Part shown: positions 36,081 to 45,112 of the stretch, in pieces
Layout of the letters: every line of letters starts with the position of its first letter
Position numbering within the stretch: position 1 is the first letter of the stretch
NCBI GenBank assembly: GCA_018713605.1
Contig: DVOM01000036.1
Coordinates: forward strand, 14,268-78,267
Reading direction: 5' to 3'
Length of the DNA stretch: 64,000 bases
Source: Candidatus Scatocola faecigallinarum
GTDB lineage: Bacteria; Pseudomonadota; Alphaproteobacteria; RF32; CAG-239
Notes under the pieces: generated by a model
Databases searched by the model: none
Seen by the model: only the letters and a program-made list of their open reading frames with translations
Told to the model about the DNA's origin: nothing
Made by a program: the position numbers and the translations under genes

Positions 36081-36457
36081 AAGTCATCCCGTTCCAGAAT
36101 ATGGTCCTCCAGTTCGTCATCGCTGACCAGATTTTCGGAAATGCAGAATGCCGATACCGGTTCTCGCACCGGGCGCGGCCGTCCTTCAATCAGGCAGCGG
36201 TATGCGCATGACTTCGGCATCCAGCCGATTTTGCCGACATTGTTTTTGGTCAGTTTCAGACATTCGGGCACCAGCGTGCAGCGGTTTTGGTATTGCGTAC
36301 ATTCGCATGTGTCGAAATCAAAATATTTGCAGACGACGTCGGTGTAGTAAATTTCGCCGGTGTCTTCGTCCTGAAGCTTTATCAGACAGCATTTTCCGCA
36401 ACGGTTGCAGACGGCTTCCCATTCTTCTTCGGTCATATTTTCCAGTTTTTTTGGCAA
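36077..36457 (-). CDS. Second, divergent YcgN-family (UPF0260) paralog
   Basis: 'LENMTEEEWEAVCNRCGKCCLIKLQDEDTGEIYYTDVVCKYFDFDTCECTQYQNR...WMPKSCAYRCL'. ATGA-type overlap with the downstream paralog. Confidence 0.75.
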   Translation of the reverse strand: MPKKLENMTEEEWEAVCNRCGKCCLIKLQDEDTGEIYYTDVVCKYFDFDTCECTQYQNRCTLVPECLKLTKNNVGKIGWMPKSCAYRCLIEGRPRPVREPVSAFCISENLVSDDELEDHILERDDL

Positions 36458-36524
36458 GGCGTTTCCTTTTTATTCATAAATTTTACGGTATATTATACAG
36501 GATATTAATTAAGGAGTAGTGAAA

Positions 36525-36824
36525 ATGTTTAAATGGCTGGCCGACATGCTGGTTAAGACCCCGGTACAGAGTTCGTGCTCCTGTTGCGAGGGCAAAAAAC
36601 AACGGTTGCAAAAAATGCAGGAGGCAATTCTCAGCGGCGACATTGAAAGCGAACCGCAGTCGACTGAAGACGCGGTTATGACCTGCGATACGCCGGAGCA
36701 TGAATATGCCGGAAAAATCCTCGGTTCGGCATTTTACGGCGGTTATCCGGTGGGGGTCAAGGACGGTTCCGGCTGTGACGGCGAGGACTCCTGCGGCTGC
36801 GGCCGTTGCTGCAACCGCAAATAA
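36525..36824 (+). CDS. Small Cys-rich hypothetical protein
   Basis: AAGGAG lies 8 nt upstream of the ATG at 36525. The protein has 'SSCSCCEGKK' and a C-terminal 'GSGCDGEDSCGCGRCCNRK'. I recognise no homology. Confidence 0.4.
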   Translation: MFKWLADMLVKTPVQSSCSCCEGKKQRLQKMQEAILSGDIESEPQSTEDAVMTCDTPEHEYAGKILGSAFYGGYPVGVKDGSGCDGEDSCGCGRCCNRK

Positions 36825-36826
36825 AC

Positions 36827-38299
36827 TCAGCCGATTTGGTCGGGGAGGTATTCTTCCTTAACCAGATTGCCGAACTGGGCAAACTCTCCGTTCCAGAACA
36901 GTTTGACGGTGCCGGTCGGGCCGTGGCGCTGCTTGCCGATGATGACTTCGCCGAGATTGGCGGTTTCGCGGATGCGTTTCTGCCATTCTTCCATGCGGTT
37001 TTGCAGATGCTCCGGCGTTTCGCCCGAGCGCTGTTTGGGTTCTTCGTTTTGGATATAATAGTTTTCGCGGAAAACAAACATGACGATATCGGCGTCCTGT
37101 TCGATTGAGCCGGATTCACGCAAGTCGGACATAACCGGACGTTTGTCATCGCGTTGTTCGACGCCGCGGTTCAGCTGTGACAGGGCGATGACCGGAACAT
37201 TCAGTTCCTTGGCGAGGATTTTCAGGCCGCGGGAGATTTCGGAAAGTTCCTGCACGCGGTTGCCTTCGGTCTTTTTGCTGCCTGTTCCCATAATCAATTG
37301 GATATAGTCGATGACAATCAAGCCCAGACCTTTGTTGCGTTTGAGGCGGCGGGCGCGGGTGCGGATGGCGTTGATGTTCAGGCCCGGCGTGTCGTCGATG
37401 TACAGCGGAATGGTTTCCAGTTCGCGGACGGCGGCGGCAATGCGGGTAAACTCGGCATTGTCGAGTTCGCCGGTGCGCATTTTGTGTCCGGGCGTCTGTG
37501 TAACGGTGGACAAAATACGGCCGGCCAACTGGTCGGCGGACATTTCAAGCGAAAAGAAAGCGACGCCGCGCGATTTTGGGTCGACGGATTTGTCATGGCT
37601 CATAAATTCGGCCACATTATAGGCGATATTGGTAGCAAGAGCGGTTTTGCCCATTGCCGGACGTCCGGCAATGATAATGAGGTCGGAATTGTTGAGCCCG
37701 CCGGTTTTTTCGTCGAGAGCATCAAGGCCGGAGGGAAGGCCGGATATTTTGCCGTCTTTCTGATAGGCCTGTTCGATTTGTCCGAGGGAAGACGTGAGCG
37801 CTTCGGCAAAGTCGATGAATCCGCCTTGGCTTTCACCCTGGTTAGACAGTTCGAAAAGTTTCTTTTCGGCAGTTTCTATCTGGGCGGTCGCATCGGTATC
37901 CAAGTCTTCTTTCATAGCGTCGTTGACGATTTCGTAACCGGTGTTTATCAGTTCGCGGCGCAGGTATTTGTCATAAATGAATTGTGCGTAATATTCGACG
38001 TTGGTCAGAGGCGAAGCGCTGTCGGCAAGTTTTATCAGATATTGGTGGCCGCCGACTTCGTTTAGGGAGCCTTCCTGTTCAAAATAGTTTTTGAGCGTGA
38101 TGACGTCCGCAACATGACCGCGCTGAATCAGTTTGGAAATGACTTCGAAAATCTTGGCGTGAATCGAATCGGCAAAGTGGTAGGGGCGCAGGAATTCGGA
38201 AACTTTTTCATAGGCTTTGTTGTTGGCCAGAACGGCGCCGAGCAGAGCCTGTTCGGCTTCCAGGTTTTGCGGCAGCGAAGCGGTGTCGATTTGTTCCAT
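36827..38299 (-). CDS. dnaB: Replicative DNA helicase DnaB
   Basis: 'PQNLEAEQALLGAVL', Walker A 'IIAGRPAMGKTALA', 'LIVIDYIQLI' and 'ALSQLNRGVEQR'. Confidence 0.97.
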   Translation of the reverse strand: MEQIDTASLPQNLEAEQALLGAVLANNKAYEKVSEFLRPYHFADSIHAKIFEVISKLIQRGHVADVITLKNYFEQEGSLNEVGGHQYLIKLADSASPLTNVEYYAQFIYDKYLRRELINTGYEIVNDAMKEDLDTDATAQIETAEKKLFELSNQGESQGGFIDFAEALTSSLGQIEQAYQKDGKISGLPSGLDALDEKTGGLNNSDLIIIAGRPAMGKTALATNIAYNVAEFMSHDKSVDPKSRGVAFFSLEMSADQLAGRILSTVTQTPGHKMRTGELDNAEFTRIAAAVRELETIPLYIDDTPGLNINAIRTRARRLKRNKGLGLIVIDYIQLIMGTGSKKTEGNRVQELSEISRGLKILAKELNVPVIALSQLNRGVEQRDDKRPVMSDLRESGSIEQDADIVMFVFRENYYIQNEEPKQRSGETPEHLQNRMEEWQKRIRETANLGEVIIGKQRHGPTGTVKLFWNGEFAQFGNLVKEEYLPDQIG

Positions 38300-38418
38300 C
38301 GGGGCAGACTTTCATGTGAAAAAAATTAGTTCTTTTACTGCCTCTTTATAAACAAGTTCTCGGTAAAACTCAAAGGATTTGACGCGAAGGGGGTTTCAGG
38401 GCTGTTAATTGTGGGGAT

Positions 38419-38452
38419 AAAAAAATATCCCCCTGAAAAATCAGAGGGATAT
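38419..38452 (-). terminator. Intrinsic terminator of rpmB
   Basis: On the minus strand: ATATCCCTCTGA-tttt-TCAGGGGGATAT followed by TTTTTTT. Confidence 0.75.
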
Positions 38453-38474
38453 TTCGGAGTTGACCTGTTTATAA

Positions 38475-38762
38475 TTATTTAGCGGCTTTGCTTTTCGCAA
38501 TGCTCTTTTTTATTTTTTTAGCTTCTTCGGTCAGTTTGCTGTTGGACGTGGATTCCAGATAAGCGTCCAGTCCGCCGTTGTGTTCAATAGAACGCAGGGT
38601 TTTGGAGCAAACTTTGAGTTTGAACATTTTGCCCAGGGTTTCGCTCAGAAGAGATACAACCTGCAGGTTGGGCAGAAAACGGCGACGGGTTTTGTTGTGA
38701 GCGTGGCTGACATTGTTGCCGCTCATAACGCCGGTGCCGGAAATATCACATTTTTTAGCCAT
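38475..38762 (-). CDS. rpmB: 50S ribosomal protein L28
   Basis: 'MAKKCDISGTGVMSGNNVSHAHNKTRRRFLPNLQ'. Confidence 0.95.
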   Translation of the reverse strand: MAKKCDISGTGVMSGNNVSHAHNKTRRRFLPNLQVVSLLSETLGKMFKLKVCSKTLRSIEHNGGLDAYLESTSNSKLTEEAKKIKKSIAKSKAAK

Positions 38763-38944
38763 TGTATTAATCCTCGTAAATAAACTTGTTGCTTGTTAAT
38801 AACGTTTCCGTAACTAAAAGTCAAGCCCAAATTGCGATAATTTTGGCAAATTTTCTGCGAAGCGGGAAAGAAGAGAGGATTTTTTCAAAAAAGACTGGAA
38901 ATGTAAATTAAAATAATGTACATAAAGAAACAATGTATGAAGAT

Positions 38945-39021
38945 GTACCCGTAGCTCAGTTGGATAGAGTATCGGCCTCCGACGCCGAGGGTCGTGGGTT
39001 CGAATCCCTCCGGGTACGCCA
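38945..39021 (+). tRNA. tRNA-Arg (anticodon CCG)
   Basis: Cloverleaf read by hand. Acceptor stem GTACCCG/CGGGTAC, D-arm AGCTCAGTTGGATAGAGT, anticodon arm TCGGC-CTCCGAC-GCCGA (loop CT-CCG-AC), T-arm GTGGGTTCGAATCCCTC?, and an encoded CCA. The T-arm boundaries were not fully checked. Confidence 0.85.
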
Positions 39022-39026
39022 TTTAT

Positions 39027-39054
39027 AAGCCGTCCTATCAGGGCGGCTTTTTTT
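39027..39054 (+). terminator. Intrinsic terminator directly after the tRNA
   Basis: AAGCCGTCC-tatca-GGGCGGCTT followed by TTTTTT. Confidence 0.7.
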
Positions 39055-39203
39055 ATAAAAGGCTTCCCGGCAGGGTCGAACCCGGGTTCGTTCTCAGGCA
39101 TCTAAATTCGTTTCGGTCAAAGAGTTTCCCTTACTCATTAAGATGTTACGGAGAGCTTACAGACAAAATTAACCGGAGCAGCGGTTAATTTTGCTTAGCG
39201 CTT

Positions 39204-39221
39204 CCTCCGGGTACGCCATTT
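39204..39221 (+). repeat. Perfect 18-bp direct repeat of the tRNA-Arg 3' end (att-like duplication; the first copy is at 39007-39024)
   Basis: CCTCCGGGTACGCCATTT occurs at 39007-39024 (the tRNA 3' end plus 3 nt) and again at 39204-39221. Confidence 0.9.
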
Positions 39222-39223
39222 TA

Positions 39224-39253
39224 AAAATCCCCTGCATTGCAGGGGATTTTTTT
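39224..39253. terminator. Bidirectional intrinsic terminator (after the second att-like copy, and for the beta-lactamase gene)
   Basis: AAAAATCCCCTGCATTGCAGGGGATTTTTTT. Confidence 0.75.
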
Positions 39254-39264
39254 GTGATTTTTCT

Positions 39265-40155
39265 CTAGTCGGTTTTTTCTGTCGTCAGATAATTGTAAAC
39301 GGTCTGCGATATTTGGGCGGCCAGTGCGGCATTGGCACGGTCGTCAAGTTTTGATTCGGTTATCATGACGGCGATATAATAAGTGCGGCCATTTGTCAAA
39401 GTGACAAAGCCGGCGTCATTGTCGGCAATTTTAATGCCGTCGGCGGTGCGTGACGACGAACCGGTTTTGTGGCCGAACATGACGCCGGGCGGAAGGCCTT
39501 GTTTTATTTTGTCTGCGCCGGTGGATGTTTTAACCATGATGCCGGAGAGAAACTTCCGGTGTTCGGCTGACAAAACGTCTTTTTCAAGAACAAGTTTCAT
39601 CAGTCCGGCGACATCTGACGGCGTGGCCTGATTCAGGTATTGGTTTTCTGCTTTTTGGTTCATCTGTTTTTCGTTGACGCGAATGTCAATGCCGGAAAAA
39701 CCGAGGTTATGCAGAAATTTTTCCAATTGTCCGGTTCCGCCGGAATATTTCAGCAGAATGTCCGAGGCATTGTTGTCGCTTTCGGCAATCATATATTCGA
39801 GCAGCTCGGCCAGACTGATTTCGAAGGGGCGGCGGGGATGTTTTTTCAGCATGGGGCTGTACATGTTTGCGTCCGTCATGTTTTCTTCGACTGTCAGTTT
39901 TGCGTTAAGAGCCGTTCCGGTTTGCTCCATCTGCCGGAGGGTTTGAACCGCAATAAAAAACTTGAAAACGCTGAGCAGCGGGCGTTTTCGGTTGCCGACC
40001 GCCCAATTTCGGCTGCCGCTGATGACGGTGACGCCTGCATCGGTGTTTGAGAGGCGTATTATGCGGCGAAGTCTGCTTTCCAGAGGATTTTCGCGAACTG
40101 CAAACGCTGTTGCGCCCAGCAGCAGAAACAGGCAGAGTGATGTCCAGAGTTTCAT
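39265..40155 (-). CDS. Class A beta-lactamase (CfxA/CblA/CepA-like subgroup by motif context)
   Basis: Signal peptide, S-x-x-K 'SVFK', SDN 'ESDNNAS', and KTG 'HKTGSS'. The spacing and flanking residues resemble the Bacteroidetes-type class A enzymes I remember. Confidence 0.85.
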   Translation of the reverse strand: MKLWTSLCLFLLLGATAFAVRENPLESRLRRIIRLSNTDAGVTVISGSRNWAVGNRKRPLLSVFKFFIAVQTLRQMEQTGTALNAKLTVEENMTDANMYSPMLKKHPRRPFEISLAELLEYMIAESDNNASDILLKYSGGTGQLEKFLHNLGFSGIDIRVNEKQMNQKAENQYLNQATPSDVAGLMKLVLEKDVLSAEHRKFLSGIMVKTSTGADKIKQGLPPGVMFGHKTGSSSRTADGIKIADNDAGFVTLTNGRTYYIAVMITESKLDDRANAALAAQISQTVYNYLTTEKTD

Positions 40156-40311
40156 GTTTTTCCGGTAACGTTAAATTTTGTTCAGAATATTGCGGATAAT
40201 TTAATTTTTCGTATAGTTCGGCTAATCCATTCGGTTTAAAGGCACTGGATTCCGGCCTTCGTCTGATTACATAGGAGGGGAAAACCGTTTTACAGCAAAG
40301 GAAAAAAAGCC

Positions 40312-41205
40312 ATGAATGAAAAATCTGAACTGATTAATCCGCAAAAAGCGTATTTTAACGGCAAGTTTAAAGAAAAGCTCCAGAAAGCGCCCGGTGTGCA
40401 GGCCGAAATGGAACAGAAGCCTGACTGCGGCGAAGACAGTTATCAGGGGTGCAACCGGCTGGCCGGCCGCAAGGCGCTGGTTACGGGCGGCGATTCCGGC
40501 ATCGGACGGGCGGCGGCAATCGCCTTTGCCCGGGAAGGGGCCGATGTGGCGCTGAACTATTTTCCGAGTGAGGAAGAAGATGCCGAGGAAGTGAAAAAGC
40601 TGATTGAAAAAGCCGGACAAAAGGCGGTTTTGCTTCCCGGAGACCTTAACCGCAGGGAAGTATGCGCGGAAATTGTCGAAAAAGCCGTTGACGAGCTCGG
40701 CGGCCTTGATGTTTTGGTTTTGGCGGCCGGCCGGCAGACAGCCTGCCCCGACCTTGCCGAACTGTCCGACGCGCAATTGCTGGAAACATTTCAGGTCAAC
40801 GTCTTTTCGATGTTTTGGACGGTTAAGGCCGCACTGCCCCATCTGCCGACCGGTTCGAGCATTATTACCACTTCGTCGATACAGGCTTATCAGCCGAGCA
40901 AGTACCTGCTTGATTATGCGGCGACCAAAGGCGCAATCGTCTGTTTTACGCGTGCGCTGGCCAAGCAGCTTGCCGACCGCGGCATTCGGGCGAATTCGGT
41001 GGCGCCGGGGCCGATTTGGACGCCTTTGCAGATTTGCGGCGGACAGCTGCCGGAAAACATTCCCGAGTTTGGGCAGGAAACGCCGCTCAGAAGAGCCGGC
41101 CAGCCGGCGGAACTGGCTTCGCTGTACGTTTATCTGGCGTCGAACGAATCAAGTTATGTGACGGCGGAGGTTATGGGCGTAACCGGAGGCATGCATTTGT
41201 CCTGA
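40312..41205 (+). CDS. SDR-family oxidoreductase (YhdF/YghA-like)
   Basis: '[26 protein letters not shown]', '[21 protein letters not shown]' (YxxxK) and '[12 protein letters not shown]'. Confidence 0.88.
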   Translation: MNEKSELINPQKAYFNGKFKEKLQKAPGVQAEMEQKPDCGEDSYQGCNRLAGRKALVTGGDSGIGRAAAIAFAREGADVALNYFPSEEEDAEEVKKLIEKAGQKAVLLPGDLNRREVCAEIVEKAVDELGGLDVLVLAAGRQTACPDLAELSDAQLLETFQVNVFSMFWTVKAALPHLPTGSSIITTSSIQAYQPSKYLLDYAATKGAIVCFTRALAKQLADRGIRANSVAPGPIWTPLQICGGQLPENIPEFGQETPLRRAGQPAELASLYVYLASNESSYVTAEVMGVTGGMHLS

Positions 41206-41317
41206 CGCACGGGAAACAGACGCGGCCGGCGGTTTTATGGCGCTGCATTAAGGAAATTTAAACAGAAATAAAATTAATTTAATTTCAGTTTAATCCTTTA
41301 TTTTAATGTAAGAAAAA

Positions 41318-43240
41318 ATGCACCATATCCATACCCTTATTTTAGACTTGACCCTTATTACCATTTATGCCGGCATAATGACGCTCATTTGCAAAAAACT
41401 GAAACAGCCGATTGTTCTCGGGTATGTGGTTGCCGGTATTCTGGCCGGTCCGTTTTTCAATTTTCTGCCGACGGTCAGCGACCGCGAAGACCTGACGCTG
41501 TGGGCGGACATCGGCGTTATTTTTCTTCTGTTCGGCCTGGGACTGGAGTTCAGCTTCAAAAAAATGATCAATGTCGGCAAGTCGGCAATGATTACGGCCA
41601 ACGCCAACATTCTGTTCATGCTTTATCTGGGATACAGCACCGGCATTCTGCTCGGGTGGTCGACGATGGACAGCTTTTTTCTGGGCAGCATGATTTCAAT
41701 GTCGTCAACGACGATTATCATTAAGGCTTTTGATGACCTGAACGTCAAAAAACAGCGATTTACGGATTTGGTTTTCGGCGTGCTGGTGGTTGAAGACATT
41801 ATGGGAATTCTGATGCTGGTGCTGCTGCCGACGATTGCGCTGGGCAACAGCATTGACGGCGAGGCTTTGTTCGGCAGCGCGCTGAAACTGGTGTTCTTTT
41901 TGGTTTTGTGTTTTATTGCCGGAATTTATCTGGTGCCGACGTTTTTGAAAAAAATCGAAGGTTTCCTGACTGACGAAATGCTTTTGCTGATTACCATCAG
42001 CCTGTGTTTCGGCATGGTTTATCTGGCAACCTGTTCCGGCTTTTCGTCGGCGCTGGGCGCTTTTATCATGGGTTCCATTCTGGCGGAAAGCAGTCTGATT
42101 CAGCGAATCGAAAAGAACATTCAGCCGATTAAGGACTTTTTCGGTGCGGTGTTTTTCGTTTCGGTCGGCATGATGGTCGACCCGTCGATGTTTGTGACGT
42201 ATGCCTGGCCGATTTTTCTGATTACGCTGATTGTCGTCATCGGCAAGGTTGCTTTTTCGTGTCTGGGTTTCATCATTTCCGGCCAACCGGTAAAGACGGC
42301 GATTCTCTGCGGTTTTTCGCTGGCGCAGGTCGGCGAGTTTGCCTTTATTATCGCCAGCCTGGGCATGAGCCTTAAGGTTCTCGACGCGCAGGTTTATCCG
42401 ATTATCGTGGCGGTGTCGGTAATTACGACCTTTTTGACGCCGATGATGATTAAGACTGCCGATCCGTTTTACCGGCTGGTGCTGAAACTTTGTCCGGAAT
42501 CGTGGCGGCGTTACATCGGCCGGGCGGAAGAACCGGTTCGGGTAAGCCCCTCGGAGGAGCGGCTGTGGTCGGAACTGTTTAAAAACTATCTGTTGCGGAT
42601 GGTGCTGTTTTCGATGATATTATACACGATTATTCTGCTTGCGCAGCATTATGTACAGCCGGTTGTCCTACATTATCTGCCGAACTTGAGCGGCCGGGTG
42701 GTTATGACCGGGATAACGCTGCTGGTCATGGCGCCGTTCCTGAAAGCGCTTATCGGCTGGGAAGCTATTCTGCCGGCATTTCTGCGCGATACGGTAATGC
42801 GGATTTTGTGCCGGTTGAGCGGCCGTTCGCCGGACGACGGCCATGAAGCCGGCTGGCTGAAAAAAGTGAGCGAAAAATTCGCTTTCTGCGGTAATCTGAG
42901 CGAAAATGCCGAAAATATCAAAAACTTTTTCATTTCCAACAGTATTCTGGCTAAAATCTATTATAAACTGTGGATTTCGAAAAAGGCGAACCGGCTGCCT
43001 CTGATTCTGATGACCAGTTTCCGACTGCTGGTGGTGGCGTTTTTCATTGTCACGGTCTTTCATACCTTTTTGACCGAAGACGCGCGGATTTCGCTGCTGC
43101 TGTTGTTTGTTTCGGTAATTGTTCTGGCGCAGTCCAAGTGGCTGCTGACCCAGTATATGAAAATCGAGGCGCAGTTTTTGGCAAATCTGCGCGGACATCA
43201 TCAGGAAAAGAGGGAAGAAGAGGGCAAAGCCGCAGACTGA
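41318..43240 (+). CDS. Cation:proton antiporter (CPA2/Kef-type) with an extra C-terminal membrane domain
   Basis: 'LKQPIVLGYVVAGILAGP', 'IGVIFLLFGLGLEF' and 12 or more TM helices. No KTN/TrkA-N motif was seen. Confidence 0.8.
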   Translation: MHHIHTLILDLTLITIYAGIMTLICKKLKQPIVLGYVVAGILAGPFFNFLPTVSDREDLTLWADIGVIFLLFGLGLEFSFKKMINVGKSAMITANANILFMLYLGYSTGILLGWSTMDSFFLGSMISMSSTTIIIKAFDDLNVKKQRFTDLVFGVLVVEDIMGILMLVLLPTIALGNSIDGEALFGSALKLVFFLVLCFIAGIYLVPTFLKKIEGFLTDEMLLLITISLCFGMVYLATCSGFSSALGAFIMGSILAESSLIQRIEKNIQPIKDFFGAVFFVSVGMMVDPSMFVTYAWPIFLITLIVVIGKVAFSCLGFIISGQPVKTAILCGFSLAQVGEFAFIIASLGMSLKVLDAQVYPIIVAVSVITTFLTPMMIKTADPFYRLVLKLCPESWRRYIGRAEEPVRVSPSEERLWSELFKNYLLRMVLFSMILYTIILLAQHYVQPVVLHYLPNLSGRVVMTGITLLVMAPFLKALIGWEAILPAFLRDTVMRILCRLSGRSPDDGHEAGWLKKVSEKFAFCGNLSENAENIKNFFISNSILAKIYYKLWISKKANRLPLILMTSFRLLVVAFFIVTVFHTFLTEDARISLLLLFVSVIVLAQSKWLLTQYMKIEAQFLANLRGHHQEKREEEGKAAD

Positions 43241-43247
43241 GCAGGAA

Positions 43248-43892
43248 TCAGAAAGCGCCTTTGTCTTCAAGCGAATCGTAACGTTTGTGAATGCATTGGA
43301 CGCAGGTTTTGTGCACACCCTGCGTAATGTCATAGATGACAAAACGTCCCTGGCGCCGCGAGATGACAAAACCGTCGTCTTTCAGCCGTTTGAGATATTG
43401 TGAAACCTTGAGCTGTTCGCTGCCGATGCCGTTGACGATTTCGGTAACATTTTGGGGACCGTAAAGGGTCAAGAACTCCAGAATGCGCATTTTGTCGTAA
43501 TTGGCAAAGAGCTTGATGCGGTTGGCGGTCATCATGGTATAGTCCGAAGGCAGAATCGCCTTGACGCCGTCTTCAAGAAAGTAGAAATTGTCGGTCATCA
43601 TGGCATAGAGTTTGCGCAGACAGGTAAAGATGCTGGCCGGGTATTCTTCGCAGATGTCGTAATAGATGAAAATGCCGCGGCGGTTGGTTCTGACCAGGTT
43701 AGCCTCGCGCATTTTCTTCAGGCTCTGGGAGATGATGACCTGTTCTTCGCCGAGGGCTTTGGTTATGGCCGAAACGGAAGAACTGCCGTTGACGTCGAGG
43801 TATTCCAAAATGCGCAGGCGCAGCGGGTGGGCAATGTAAGAAATGCCTTTGACGGCTTTGCGCATGATGTTTTCGGGCAGCTGCTGTTCCAT
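43248..43892 (-). CDS. Transcriptional regulator with two tandem ArsR/SmtB-type wHTH domains
   Basis: 'AHPLRLRILEYLDVNGSSSVSAITKALGEEQVIISQSLKKMREANLV' and 'DKMRILEFLTLYGPQNVTEIVNGIGSEQLKVSQYLKRLKDDGFV'. Confidence 0.75.
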   Translation of the reverse strand: MEQQLPENIMRKAVKGISYIAHPLRLRILEYLDVNGSSSVSAITKALGEEQVIISQSLKKMREANLVRTNRRGIFIYYDICEEYPASIFTCLRKLYAMMTDNFYFLEDGVKAILPSDYTMMTANRIKLFANYDKMRILEFLTLYGPQNVTEIVNGIGSEQLKVSQYLKRLKDDGFVISRRQGRFVIYDITQGVHKTCVQCIHKRYDSLEDKGAF

Positions 43893-44007
43893 TTGAACCT
43901 CTTTTTAATATCTTTCGCTTTTTATATATAGCAGATTTTGCAGGTATTGCAAACAAAAACGTCCCTCCGGCGGTGACCGGAGGGACAAGGATACTAAAAG
44001 CGTTTTA

Positions 44008-44382
44008 TTATTTGAGATAGGGTTTGACATATTCGTCAAATTTGCGGGCGTTGTTTTCGGACCAGCCCATGAGGTATTTGCCGCCCATGCAGAACAACGG
44101 GGTGCCGATGCTGTTGCCGAGTCTGAACTTTTCGCCGCAGGCTTTGAAGAGTTCAAAGCCGTTGCCGACATGGATGTTGACCATAGCCATGTTCAGGTTC
44201 GGGTATTGCCGGTCAATGTAGTCTATGGCATCGTGGCAATAAGGGCATTCGTTATAGTAGAAAAAATAGATTTTGCCGTCGTCGAGCGCGGCGGTTTCGG
44301 TTTTTTTGCCGCAGCCGCAGACAAGCAGAACGGCGGCAAACAGAGTCAGACAGATTTTGCGCATGGTTTTCCCCTTATTCAA
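44008..44382 (-). CDS. Thioredoxin-fold (glutaredoxin/DsbA-like) lipoprotein
   Basis: Lipobox 'LLVCGCG' and redox motif 'CPYCH'. Confidence 0.65.
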   Translation of the reverse strand: MNKGKTMRKICLTLFAAVLLVCGCGKKTETAALDDGKIYFFYYNECPYCHDAIDYIDRQYPNLNMAMVNIHVGNGFELFKACGEKFRLGNSIGTPLFCMGGKYLMGWSENNARKFDEYVKPYLK

Positions 44383-44947
44383 TGCAACAGTCGACGGCTT
44401 TGCGAACGAAGGCCTTCATTTTGGAAAGTGCGCCGGTCTTTTCGGCGGCGGCAGGCGCTTCCCTGACGACGGCGTCGAGTTTGGAAGAAAGTTTTTTGAT
44501 GTCTTCGGACTTGTCTTCAATCCATTTGATATCGTCGACGTTAAGCATGTTCATGTTCAGTCCCCAAAACAGGCAGTAAAGTTCATAGGCCTGATTGAAA
44601 AGCCTGTAGGCCTCTTCGGGGTGGTTGAGCGACTGCTGTTTGGTGCCGACTTCCATAAGGCGCATGGACGAGGCCAGCAGATGTTTGGATATGCACCAGA
44701 CTTCGCCTTCGTAAGAAGGAATTATTTTTTGCATGAGGTTTTTGCGCATTTCGCGAACGTCCCGAATCAGGTCATAGAAAGAATTTTTACCGGTTTTGGC
44801 GCCGGAAAAAACCAGATGTTCCTCAATGGAAATCAGGTTCATGATGGCAATGCTCAAATCCTGGTCGGAAGACAAATCTTTCGGGTTTACTTTTTTGGAA
44901 CTGTCGATTTTTTCGACGAACTCCTTAACACTGTCAATTTTTTTCAT
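44375..44947 (-). CDS. Hypothetical helical protein ending in ...DCCIE
   Basis: A 190-aa ORF with protein-like composition. It overlaps the downstream thioredoxin-like gene by 8 nt. No family recognised. Confidence 0.5.
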   Translation of the reverse strand: MKKIDSVKEFVEKIDSSKKVNPKDLSSDQDLSIAIMNLISIEEHLVFSGAKTGKNSFYDLIRDVREMRKNLMQKIIPSYEGEVWCISKHLLASSMRLMEVGTKQQSLNHPEEAYRLFNQAYELYCLFWGLNMNMLNVDDIKWIEDKSEDIKKLSSKLDAVVREAPAAAEKTGALSKMKAFVRKAVDCCIE

Positions 44948-45112
44948 ATCAGACTCCTTTTAATGCAATATTTTATACATATCAATATTTCTATATATAG
45001 AATATTACATATATTAAAAATGTCAATAATTAATTTTACGAGATTATGCTTGCCAGCTCCGTGGCGTTTGGGTAGGATTGAAACAAAGTTACAGCGCAAA
45101 AACGGATGAAAG

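Noticed and set aside
35232-38065. Long + strand ORFs 35232..36347, 37298..38065 and smaller ones.
   Set aside because: They are antisense to the YgjP-like, YcgN-family and dnaB genes, all of which carry strong family motifs. There are no RBS or start signals, and the composition is shadow-ORF-like.
38814-39101. A 95-aa minus-strand ORF (…GGIRTHDPRRRRPILYPTELRV…).
   Set aside because: This is the well-known artefactual translation obtained by reading through a tRNA gene. It covers tRNA-Arg (38945-39021).
39055-39110. Possible second tRNA fragment (ggcagGGTCGAACCCgggttcg resembles a T-arm).
   Set aside because: I could not build a consistent T-stem, acceptor stem or anticodon arm on either strand. 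It is probably a chance palindrome around a GGTTCGA-like core. A tRNAscan/Aragorn run would settle it.
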